A DNA stretch of 64,000 nt, from assembly GCA_002269645.1 (NCBI GenBank), contig NIVC01001777.1, positions 153,429-217,428 of the forward strand, in the 5' to 3' direction. Within the stretch, counting starts at the first letter, position 1, and the number at the start of each line of letters is the position of its first letter. The stretch is from Macrostomum lignano (Eukaryota). The notes beneath the pieces are model-generated. The model was not told the DNA's origin. It searched no databases and worked only from the letters and a program-made list of their open reading frames with translations. Made by a program: the position numbers and the translations under genes. Of the stretch, positions 45,201 to 57,200 are shown one piece after another.

Positions 45201-48200
45201 CCCGCAGATGCGGGCGAGGGAAAAGTAAAGCGAGCGCCTCCACTGTCTCTCCTTTTATTTTAAACACTGCAGAACAGGCGCGTGGGAACGTAAACTCTTA
45301 AAGGCTACACAGAACAAAATGCAAATTTCGCAGCAAGTTTTTGGTGCAGACATCCTTTGCAAATATGACTGCATTTTATGCAACTCATAACAGTTGTGCC
45401 TTGTCTTTCTTCTTATGTTTGTCTTTTCCTGGCTAGCTAGCTGCTCTAATTCGCTGCGACAAATGCAGTCATACAGTTTTTAAATTTTCGTTGGATTCAG
45501 GATTAAGGACATGGGTTATAAAAACAAACAATATGATGCAGAACCGAGTTCTAACTCTTCATTTTCATCAACATACCTGCGTAGCCTTCGCTTGAATTTG
45601 CCATGCCTTCTCCTCTGCCAGATGTTGCAGCTCGTTGTCCGTCTTCTCGGCTTTGCTGCTCAGCCAAGTGCTTCTTGTACTCCACATTTGCATTCAATGC
45701 TGCATCCAACAGGCTGTCCGGTATTGGAACTGTACTTGGTTTCAGCCTTCTAGCTGCCAAGTAGCTCTTTGCCAACAGTGAGTTAAGCCTAGTGCTGTCT
45801 GATATTCTGTTCCACTTCTCCTGGGCATCGATGTCATTCGACTTTCCGATGTGCCGCTCGCAGTCTGCATTTGAAAAAGCATGCAGCAAGCAATGCCAAG
45901 GCGGCCAAGCAGCGGAAAGTCTTCTGACAGAGAAATTGTGTGCCATTCCATTGGCAAAGCCTTCACTGTTATTGCCTGAGTTGTTTGCATCTGCCTCAGG
46001 TTGAAGAGGCGGACTTCCGTTGCTAGCTAGTCAATCTCGCTGGGTGGAATGACTTCCGGCAGGCTGTTAGCTACATAAAGAACACTTTTTTCCTCAATGG
46101 GAAGGGACGTATCTAAAAACGTCAGGCTCCTCAAAATCCTTGAGGCGAACAGCAAATGCGTCTTCAAGTACATAGCCAGGCTGACGTACACCTGCTTGAA
46201 GGCGAATAGTTGCGGTCTGGCACTTGGACCATTGCCAAGCAGGTCCTTTGCTTTAGAACCCACCATTATTTCATCAAGCGGGAGTTGAATGGCAGAGCTC
46301 CTAAAGTCCACTTTCTGGATAATCTTCTCCTTGATAGCAACTGGCTGAATGAATTGAACCGCAACGGACTCCAGAAACAGCTGACTTTTCAGTGGAGTGG
46401 ATGCAGTGGACCAGCACTGTGTCACGCTGCTGAAACGTCATCTCGTACTTTTCAAGCAGATGTAGAACATGGATGATGAAATTAATTGCTGGAAGTGTTA
46501 CTGGGTCTTCGATTGCCTGCTGGATTTGCTGCATTCGTGCATTAGTTGAACCTTCTCGATCGCGGAAGTAGACAGCAAGCACATTCCATTGCTCCTTGAT
46601 TCGTAGCAGACATTGCAGTAGACTCAGCCAGCGCGTTTCTACGTTCCGCAGAAACGTGTGCCTTGTCATGTTTATTGTCTTCTGGAGATCTTCTATCTCC
46701 TTCAAGCGCTTTCCACTCCGGGTGAAACAGCTGTGAATATCTTCACAGAATGAAGCGGCTGTCGGCAAATGCGATTCAACTGCAATTCAAGTGGCATTGG
46801 CAATTACATGCAATGTGCAGCCACCAGTATCAACAAGATGCTTCAGCTCAGGCTTATCTTGGAGGCACTTAACGACTCCCGAGTAGACGCCCTGCATAAC
46901 ATTGCAGTTTGTTGAAGAAGTCGCCGATCCACTTGCAAAAAGGCAGACCATGATCTAGGATGCACTGATAGATCAAACTGGCATATGATTTGGCATCAAA
47001 CGATTCCATTGTTACGAAGTCCAGAATCTCCGTTAAAATTTGTCCCTCCTGTAGGTAGCAGATACATAGCATCATGCGGCCATCACTTTCGTTAAAACTA
47101 ACCAAATAGAATCTAGCCTGCAGCACTGCTTTAGTGATTTTAGTTTGACATAGGGCGCAATGGCATGGTTCAATAAGTAAGACATTTTTGTCCTTGCACA
47201 GCTAAAATCCTTGGCAATCCTAGAATCTGTAAACATAGCCTGAAACAACTCAGATGATTCTTCTCCAGCAAAAGACTTCGACTTAAAGGCCGCGTTCCAT
47301 GTCCAAATGACCTCAGATTTGGTAACGGTTGCTTTTCGTTGATCATTGCTTGCTTCACGAGGCCGCTGCTGCACAAACTGTACCATTGGCTTGGTATTTT
47401 GCAGGCTAGCTAAGTTGGTATTGTGCTTGGCTGTCTTTGCGTGGGCCTTCACCACAGAAATGCCGCTTGATGCAACATTCAGTTTCACATTACAGGCTGC
47501 ACAGAATGCTTCGTGCTCTGCTGTACAAGAACGCAGCCAGGAAACAGCATCAAGTTGCTCGATCCATTTAGCATCAAAGGCAGTTTTCCTGCTAGTGCTA
47601 GCAGTCATAGTGTAGGTGCTCTGGCTGAAAGAAAACGCGAGTAGCTAAAAATTATTGCGCCAAATCTTAGCAATTCAACAACATAGAAAGTAGATATCGA
47701 TAGTTAAATATGAGCAGCAAAGAAGTTAATACCTTTCTTCTGATTCTGTTATATTTTAACAATTTAGTCTCACTGAAACAATAGCAACCTTGAACATAAC
47801 ACAAGAGACGTAGGAAAAGACAAAATGTTGCTGCACACGCACAGTGCACAAGTGCAATTAAAACAATCGCTAAAACTAGTCTATTATAGCTCGTAACAAA
47901 AAAATCGCTAAGCGATTAAAAAAAAGAATAACCACTGGTTATTCTTTAATAATGTTCAGTTAAGGGGAGTAAAGAAGAGTAAAAGAGTGTCACGTTTTGA
48001 GTCGTAGTCCCCAAAGAAGGATGAGTTGAACAATTGGCGGTGTAGCAGTTTAGGGATAGCGACGTTTGCCTGCGGGACGTTTGCCAGCCGACGTTTGCCT
48101 GCGGGACGTTTGGCTGCGGGACGTTTGCCAGCCGACATTTGCCAGCCGACGTTTGCCAGCCGACGTTTGCCAGTGGGACGTTTGCCAGCCGAAGTTTGCC

Positions 48201-51200
48201 TGCCGGACGTTTGCCAGCCGACGTTTGCCTGCGGGACGTTTGCCAGCCGACATTTGCCAGCCGACGTTTGCCAGCCGACGTTTGCCAGCCGACGTTTGCC
48301 AGCGGGACGTTTGCCAGCCGAAGTTTGCCTGCCGGACGTTTGCCAGCCGACGTTTGCCAGCCGACGTTTGCCTGCCGGAAGTTTGCCAGCCAAAATTTGC
48401 TAGCCAATATAAAGCCAGTCAGTGAAAAATTTGATACTGAAACATTCGCAGTTTAGCGGTTTGACAAAAACCGTTTTTACTCCAACTTTTTGACGGTTAT
48501 TCGCATGTATACAAGTTTGAAAGCAAAATATATAAATTATGCAGTTCATCAGTCTAACGTCTAATATCTAGTTTAACAACGATTTTGGCACAACATATCA
48601 AAAGATGAACATTGGGTTTGCCTCGTATGAAAGCAATAACAATTGTTGTGCTGAAAAGATGAAAACTCCCTATGGCCTTCAAAACATTTTTCATCGATTT
48701 CGAGTGCTGCGTACTTCTACTTTAGTAGTCCTTGGCATGACTAAGCTTTGCATATGTAGTGTCTAGCGCTTGCTATTCTACTAGCTTGCTACTGGCGGCT
48801 TGTCTGGCTATTCAGCTATATAGCTTACTATAAAAACGTACCGCATTCGACTCGTCTACACATGTACGTTGAGATCGCGGTTTCCTTGCTTACTTGAGTA
48901 GTAATACAACAGCATTGGAATCAATTTGCTTACTTTTAGATCTCCCAATGAACTGAGAAATAGATGAGCCAGAATTACCGCTCAGCAGCTCTTTTTGTTT
49001 GCCTCATAACTTAATCGCTGGAGATTCCCGTTGTAATCTGCGCGTCTTCTTTCGCACATCAAAAATCAAACATCTCAAACTGGGAAAAACGATACACAAT
49101 TGTCAAAAGTTAACAATATTTTCACATTCAAAGAAAATCTTTGTTAAACTGGATATTAGATGCATAAATTTCATAATTTATAGATTTTGCTTTCAAACTT
49201 GTATATATGCGAATAACCGTCAAAAAGTTGGAGTAAAAACGGTTTTTGTCAAACCGCTAAACTGCGAATGTTTCAGTATCAAATTTTTCACTGACTGGCT
49301 TTATATTGGCTAGCAAATTTTGGCTGGCAAACTTCCGGCAGGCAAACGTCGGCTGGCAAACGTCGGCTGGCAAACGTCCGGCAGGCAAACGTCGGCTGGC
49401 AAATGTCGGCTGGCAAACGTCCGACTGGCAAACGTCCCGCTGGCAAACGTCGGCTGGCAAATGTCGGCTGGCAAATGTCGGCTGGCAAATGTCGGCTGGC
49501 AAACGTCGGCTGGCAAACGTCCCGCAGGCAAACTTCGGCTGGCAAACGTCCCGCTGGCAAACGTCGGCTGGCAAATGTCGGCTGGCAAACGTCCCGCAGG
49601 CAAACGTCGGCTGGCAAACGTCCCGCAGGCAAACGTCGTAGACCCAGCAGTTTGTGTAGCGGTAGCACTTCTAAACAGACCGTTGGTTAAATTCGTTGTG
49701 GTCTTGGCCTTTATATTTTTCTCAAAAATAGTAATAGAATTACAGAGGATATAACAATATGGGCACTGGCGGCTGCAACAATGAGTTTATGCTAAGATGA
49801 GTAGGCGACGGCGGATGGCGATGAGGCAATAACGGTGAGCAGCGGTCGTGAGTAGCCAGAAGTGGCGGAGAGTGGCGCTAGCCGTAGTAGAAGTACAAGT
49901 GGAATACGGTGTGTAACAGGCTGGCACAGACAGAGGAGCCGTGGCGAGAGATAGGGAGGCTCGAGGCAGCCAGGAGAGAGAGAAGGAAAACGAGAGCCGC
50001 GAAGTGAGGAGGCCCCCAGCCCGCTGCCAGGCGGGGGTTAATAAAGAGCGCAAAAGGGGGTAGCATAAAACACGGGGGGTTTTCATTGGCTGGCAAGAGA
50101 ATTTGAAATTATCGATCGTGCTAAAATTTACACACAAACGCAAGGCCTACCACCCAGAGGGAAATTTTGGGTACGCCTAAGGGTACCCCGACGGCGGCGC
50201 CTTTAGTCGGGCGGAGTCCGCCAGGGCGACTGGCTGTCCAGGCGAAGCGGAGTACATCTGCACTGCGCTTGGGCGCCGGTAGAGAAGTTTTTTTTCTACT
50301 ACTAGTAGAATGTTAAGCGCATGCATCCTAGAAATTAAATCCAAATTTGCACGGGCAAATTTGCACCTACTGCACGCGGGCAGCACGGGCTTCTAGCTTC
50401 GTAGCAGCTCGTCTGCTTACTAGCTTAATAATGGCTTAATTCTATTATGATTTTCAACGAAGTCCTGAGGTTTTGGCTCGTGTATTGTTCGATATACGAT
50501 ACGAGCGTATTGGCAAATATACTTAATTTTGTTTGTGCTTATAAACCGTTTAACAAAATTCAGCATTTCATGGTATTGTTGTTATACAATGCTTAGAGAT
50601 TAACATATTTACTTGTCTTCCATTGAAGTACTCAGAAGAGAGAAGACAATAAAGATGAATATGAGCGTAAAAAAGCAAAGATACGGAAAATCAGTTTTCG
50701 TTTCTTCAAAAACAATCATCATTGCTCGAACTTGAGTCGCAATGCTCCATATTGGTGTCCGAAAGCTCGGAGTCGCTGGATTGCAGCCGAACCACTTTCA
50801 TGCGTCGCTTAAATGCTCCAACGTCACTCCTGCGCTTACGAGCAACTCGACTTGAAGTGAGAGCTTGACAGTCAAAGGCCGTGGCTGCAGTCGCAGTGAC
50901 TTGCCGCTGCCGAGCACCAGAAGGCGTTGCAGCTGGGGCTTGGCATGGAGAGGCCGTGGCTGCAGTCGCAGTGACTTGCCGCTGCCGAGCACCAGGAGGC
51001 GTTGCATCAGAATGGGTGCGGCTAATAATTGATGCAACCGCCGGATTGATTGGCGTTAAGGCATCGGGAGCTGCTGCAGTGGATTTGCGGTGCAATCGCT
51101 TCTTTAGCCGATCGCTTCCACGCTTGAGCTGCTCACGACAAGCTTCTGCAACTGCTTTGACCGAAGGCCTGCCGGTGTCCTCGGTTCTGCCGAATAGCTT

Positions 51201-54200
51201 GGTCATCGCCTCTGTCAAAAAATAAATTGCATGGATTTTAGGTATAGTTAAATGAGTAAAAAGTATAAATGTGCTACTCATGATCAGAACTGATAGTAGT
51301 GCTTATAGCATTTATTTCTTTTCTCTGGTTTCGTTTCGTTTGATGTGTATATATCAAAAAGCTTACATTTATATGTTCTTTCGCTATCATAATTTTTTAT
51401 GTAATGTATACAGCGGGCAGCCAGGATCGTTGGCCCTTCCGTCAAGGTGCCCTATAAGTATAACCTTAGCACCCGCCGGGTCACTGGTGGACTTGCCTTT
51501 GCACATAAACTTCTCCTAGGTCGTGGCTCCGAAGAGCTTAAACTTCTCCTTCCATCTCTTATCCAGAAGTCTAGCTATGGCTTTCGTTCAAATAACTGCC
51601 TGTATGAATTCACCTTAAAAATTCCCTTCTATGGAACAGAAGTTCGAAAACGGTCCTTCTCCACAGTACACTGAGATATGGAATTTACTGCCAGCAAGTC
51701 AGCAACCCTAGCAGACCCTGGCCTCGGCGCAAAATAGTTCAAGAGCCAGATCTCCCAGAAGCCACTATGCAAGGACTCCTAAACCTAAGCATCGGTTTAG
51801 GAGTCCTGGAGTCCTAAGCATTTAGGAGATGCTTAGGTTTAGGAGTCCTTGTACTATGAGCACCACAGAGTCCTCCCACCATCTCAATTGCCTTCCACCT
51901 CTCTTCCTTCAACATTTCTTTTGTCATTCTTATCTCTCTCTTCATCAGTTTCTCTGTAGCCATGGGGAACCCTTGTGGTATATTCGTCTCTGACCACTGA
52001 CCAGTGACCAGTCTTATGGTGAGCTTAGTATAATAATAACAATGATTATTATTGTTATTTCTTTATATATTCTCTAACTGGCTCGCAAACTTTTAAGAAT
52101 CAAACCAGTTGTGATTGTGCGTCAATGATAAACTTCCGATTTAATAGTCTATGTGTCTATGTGAAAAATATGATGCCTACCTTGAATATAAGGCAGAAAA
52201 GCCATCTTAAATCCGAGGTCATCAATTGATAGTTGCGTTGAAACTCCTGCTTTGAGGGCTCGCTCACGCATATCCGTCCCCTTGAAGTTGACCACAGCCT
52301 GCATCCGAAGCGATAGGATGTTGTCCAACATATCACGGACCGAGTCTTGCCACTTAACTCGTCGGAAGAGCCTGAGGTGAGTCCTCAGCTGTTGAACAGA
52401 AAATGCGAACATCATCGTCGGTGGAGAGTCTTAAACCCTTGCCACATTAAGCGCAAATAAAATTACATTATGTAAACTCACCGCTGAAAGTCGTTGTTCC
52501 GACGCTTCAACAAAGTCAATGTAATCATCCCAAGAATCGATTACTTCAAAGCCAGACACTTGAGGTGTTTCAGCCTGAGGATGCAAGATGGATGACATTT
52601 GATGCATCGCAGCGCGAAGTCCGGTTACGTCTTTCTGCAAGGCCTCCACCTTGGCCTCAAGCCGAATGCTTGTTACAGTGTACTCGCGAAGGAGGCTGAG
52701 CTGCACAAACAAAAGTCCCTCGGAGCTATCAAGTTGGAAGTCGACATTATCCTGAATCTGCTGTTTCAATTTTCTTATATATTCCGGGCCGAATCTTGCT
52801 GATGCAAGCACTGGAAGATTTGGAGTCGCAGGAGTTGCTGTTGCTGATTCAATCACTGCAACTCGTTGTCTAGGCCTTGGCTTTGGCATGGTGGAGGCAA
52901 TTAGATCAACGGCAGAATCTCCTAGAGCCGCCACTGTCACCGTGTCAGCTACTCCATCCGTCTCCGCCTCCAGCGCAGCATCCGATTCATCAGCAGTCGC
53001 TTCCGCCGCTGCAGCATCCGCGTCATCTACCGCCGCCTCCGCCGCTGCAGCATCCGCTTCGTCTGCAGCCGCCTCCGCCGATGCGGCATCCGCTTCGTCT
53101 GCTGCCGCCTCCGCCGCTACGGCATCCGCTTCGTCTGCTGCCGCCTCCGCCGCTACGGCATCCGCTTCGTCTGCTGCCGCCTCCGCCGCTGCAGCATCCG
53201 CTTCATCTGCAGCCGCCTCCGCCGCTTCAGCATCCGCCTCGTGTTCTGTTGCATCAGTCGCAGTGGCTTCCTGCTCCTCAGTCTCTGGCTCGGAGTCGGG
53301 AAGTGGCAGTAACTGAGCGACAGTTTCTGGAGCGTCATGCGTCAGAAGAAGCGCAGCATTCCTCGCAAAGTTCGTCCCTCGCTCTCTGTCGGAGAAGAAC
53401 GTTTCGGTATCAGATGCTGAGCCTTGTGACAGGTTCTGAAAGAGTAGGTTTAGGATAGATATGTAGGTAAAGTCAATCATCAATCCTTTTCAAAACTTTT
53501 TTTCCGACCTCAATTTTCTAACTTTTCCTCCGTCCTCTAACCTCCCCCTAAGCCTGATTGGCATTTTAATTCTTCAATCCTCAAGCCTAAATGCCATTGC
53601 TTGCAGTTCAAACTTACACCTGTTTGATAATTTCGACGGGCCTGCTTCGCGTCAGATGAGGAGAAAACTCGCGGCTTGACCAGCTGCATTATGCTACGCA
53701 GACGTAGCTTCTTAGCAATAAGAGTGCGTACAAACAAGAAGCTGCCTGGCTGCATTGTATCGTCCAGGATGACCTGTTGTAAAAAGCGGTAGAATTGAAA
53801 TATCCCAACTTCCGAGGATCAAGACGCAGTAATTATAGAATTGAATGCATATACATGTAAAGAGTGGAGCAAAAATACGAGTAGCAAAAACTCACCTGAA
53901 CAATAACTGCTGGGTAATATGTACCATCATATAGTGCCTCGCACATCCATGTCTCATCGGAATCTCTCATTTTCAACCATTCGGCTTCAGAGAGGGCCTC
54001 CAGATTCGGTGACAGCCTTACGTTCTCTCTCGGCGCCTCAATAACTTGTCTGTCCGCTTTAAAAATAACAAGGAACTTCATTTCCGAAAGATAAAAAATA
54101 CTATTTTAATTTTCGTCAATGCCACAAGCCAATTCAAGTTTCGGGAAGGAAATTGTTTCCCTTATTATTTTTCTCCTCCATAAACTCTAGGAGTGAGCTA

Positions 54201-57200
54201 GTGACATTACAGGCGCAATCCCATTGGTCCGCCCCTCTTCCCACTGCTAGCGCCGCCCAATTCTCCCTCTCTATCTTGCTGATTAATGAGATATTTTAGA
54301 AATACAAACTGTAATAAAAATATAGAAAGAAAGGAAAAAGCAAGACAGAAGGCTATAATTCCTGATGCATCCTGATTCCTGATTACATGTATATCCCTGA
54401 TGCAGACCGGATAGCGGATAATCTCCCTCAGGTCAGTTCGAAGAACCCTCAAAGGCGAAGAGGAATTGGTGGAGCTTTGTGTGTAGAAAGAAGAATGCGA
54501 ACTATATCATGGATTTCTCTGTTCGATATGTGTCTCACAGATGTCAAATAAGAAAAAGACAGAAAGAATCAAGAGTTTGAACCTTGGTTCGGTGCGTATA
54601 AAGATTCGAAGCCCCATCTTTGTCAGAAAATTCTGTTGCTCAGGGTGCGCCGGGGGCGTTTCACATTCTCGAAATATCATATCATCGAAATTTCACAACG
54701 CCTAAAATTCTGCACTGTTCTTTCACATCCTCGAAATTTCACATTCTCGAAACTTCACATCCTCGAAATATCACTTCCACGAAATTTCATAACGTCGAAA
54801 GAAGTTAGACGTGATATTCCGAGGATGTGAAAGATGGCTTCTTTCGACGTTATGAAATTTCGAGGTTGTGAAATTTCGAGAATGTGAAGTTTTTGGCTTT
54901 CTACGTTGTGAAATTTCGAGGAAGTGATAGCTGCCCGGGTGCGCCCACAGACCATATAGTAAATAGACTGCGCATATAGCTAGGCCGGCATGAGCGTGCA
55001 GAGCGTGAGAAAAACACAAAGCAAAAAATGTTACTCCACGGATCGATAGTGGGGAAGCACCTACCTCCCCTACCCACATTTACATATATATATAAAAATT
55101 ATACGCATTATATTTAATTTCTACCCTGTGCCAGTCTTTTTACTATATGGTCTGGGTTCACCCCTCATTTTGTTCTGATTGAATGCACAAACACAATTCA
55201 GCATTCTTGCCCAACTCCCAATTAAAGCACGAGGCTTCACAATGGGCTTGAGAGGTTCCGCAAAGACCAAAGACCAAAAACGGCACATGAGGCACAACGG
55301 AATGAATAGTCTGTATAGCATATGTACAGCACCTAAAAATCGAAAAAAGCCTGGGACGCAGACAGGGAAGCAAACAGTCACACAGGCCCTTTTGCTCATT
55401 GCTCTGGCTCTTTGCTCTTTGCTGCTCTTTGTCTTCACATCACACTAAAAAGCCCTTTACCTAGTCCTAGCTAGAAGGCATTTTGCTTGTGGGGCCTGTC
55501 TTCTAAGCAAAATAGAAGAAGGTTGGGGCAGGGACTCCTGAAGCTAACATTCCTAACAACCTTGGCTTGGCTTGCTTTACTAGTCCCGACTCCCGACTCC
55601 CTGGGTGGGGCCAGCAAATTTCCTAATTTTATTGCACAAACTATACCCAAAGAAGCATTGCGAATTGGACTGCTAATCGGCCTGTGGATATCTCAGAAAC
55701 TAAAAGTCACGCGGCGATAGGTCCTTCTCTGCTTGATGGAGCTCGGCATGCCCAATGACTGTGTAAAAATTCAGAACTGTGGGATTATCTCAGGCCTCAC
55801 AAATCGAAGTGGGCTTTTCAGACTTTCCCCATTTCAAAGCATTGCAAATTGGGCAGCTAATCGGCCTGTGGATATCTCAGAAACTAAAGTCACGCGGCGA
55901 TAGGTCCTTCTCTGCTTGATATAGCTCGCATGCCTAATCTTCCCGTGGACCCCACTGAATTTGTTTTGTTCACAATTTATCACTCCATTGTTTGCTGAAA
56001 TTTGGTGTGGTCTCCACGCGACGTATAGGTTTCCATTGGGTACTGTTTCATTCTAAACAAGCATTAGAACTGTTTAGCACTTTACAAATGAAAGAAATGT
56101 ACGCTGAGTACGTGCAAGTTTGCAACATACTGATTATGTGCATGTACAAGCTACATACAGGTTTGCAGTCTGGCTGGCTCCAATTAATTCATGGTTTGGA
56201 GTCCTGGACCAAAGCCCAAAACACGATGAGTTGAGGCCCGCTACGCCGCTAGGGCACCCGTTTTCGCGTGAGCTGGGGCCCTCTAGGCCAGGGCCCGACC
56301 GATGGCGTGATAAGTAGGGGTAAGGTAAAAATTGTCCACATGCTTGCACACTTTGCTCTCATAAAAGACTGCCAGAAGTATACTGTACACTGACAGCATA
56401 AAGAATTCTTGCAAAGCAAGTGTTGTCCCATAAAAAATGTACACTCACTCGTCCCTCCTTCCCTCCCCCGGGGTCCGACCAGAAGAGACCATACTGTTGT
56501 GTTCACAGGGAGTTGCAAATTCCCTGCGGGTCCCCATTATCTATGATTCTATGGGGTCCCCGCGTGGTGGCGCAAGGGACGTGAGGTTGCTGCTTCCCTC
56601 CCCTCAGCTCAAGGACAATGATCAATAAATCTTTAAACGGAGAAGCTTGCGATAGACTTGCAATAACAAAGCTGATGAACCCCTGTTTGCTTGCAAACAT
56701 ATAATCCACTTGCTGAGTGGACAGAATAGAAAAAACTAGATAATTCCCTCACGCTTCAATGCATGGGTTTTCATCAAGGATTTCTATACAAACCAAGCCA
56801 GCAAGTATATTTTTGCAACACACAGAAAGTAAAGCTAGCTTGTAATTGTAACTCTCCAACAGGCAACCCAATGCTCAGAGCCAGCTAGGCCATTATTAAT
56901 ATCAATGCTTCTATTCCAACACTAATAGAAAAGCGAGCAGCGAGCCTCGGTATTGATCACCCTCTTTGTCCATAAATGAATGTACAAAATAATGAATACA
57001 TGCACAAAGCCATCTAACAACAATATATTTTAATTTTACCCATTGCATGAACAAAATGAAAGAATATAAAGAATGCAAGACAAACCAGCGCAAGGAAAAT
57101 ATACAAAGAGGACCCTCCCGGAGAAGGGACATTTCGTAAAGCATTTCCTGTTAGAGTGAAAGCTTCGTAGGTCTGGCCAAGGAGTTCTACATTTAGAACT

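Noticed and set aside
47946-49754. RRLPADVCQPTFAS / ANVGWQTSAGK repeat ORFs
   Set aside because: They are translations of the 10-bp TIR repeats of the foldback element.
49760-50150. GC-rich purine-biased stretch between the foldback and the CACTA, ORFs of 118 and 72 aa
   Set aside because: No recognisable protein or RNA motif; all plus-strand frames are interrupted.
51420-51720. Possible LINE endonuclease remnant (IARLLDKRWKEKFKLFGATT*..DPAGAKVILIGHLDGR) on the minus strand in ORF2 intron 3
   Set aside because: The resemblance is short, interrupted by stops and not recognisable with confidence.
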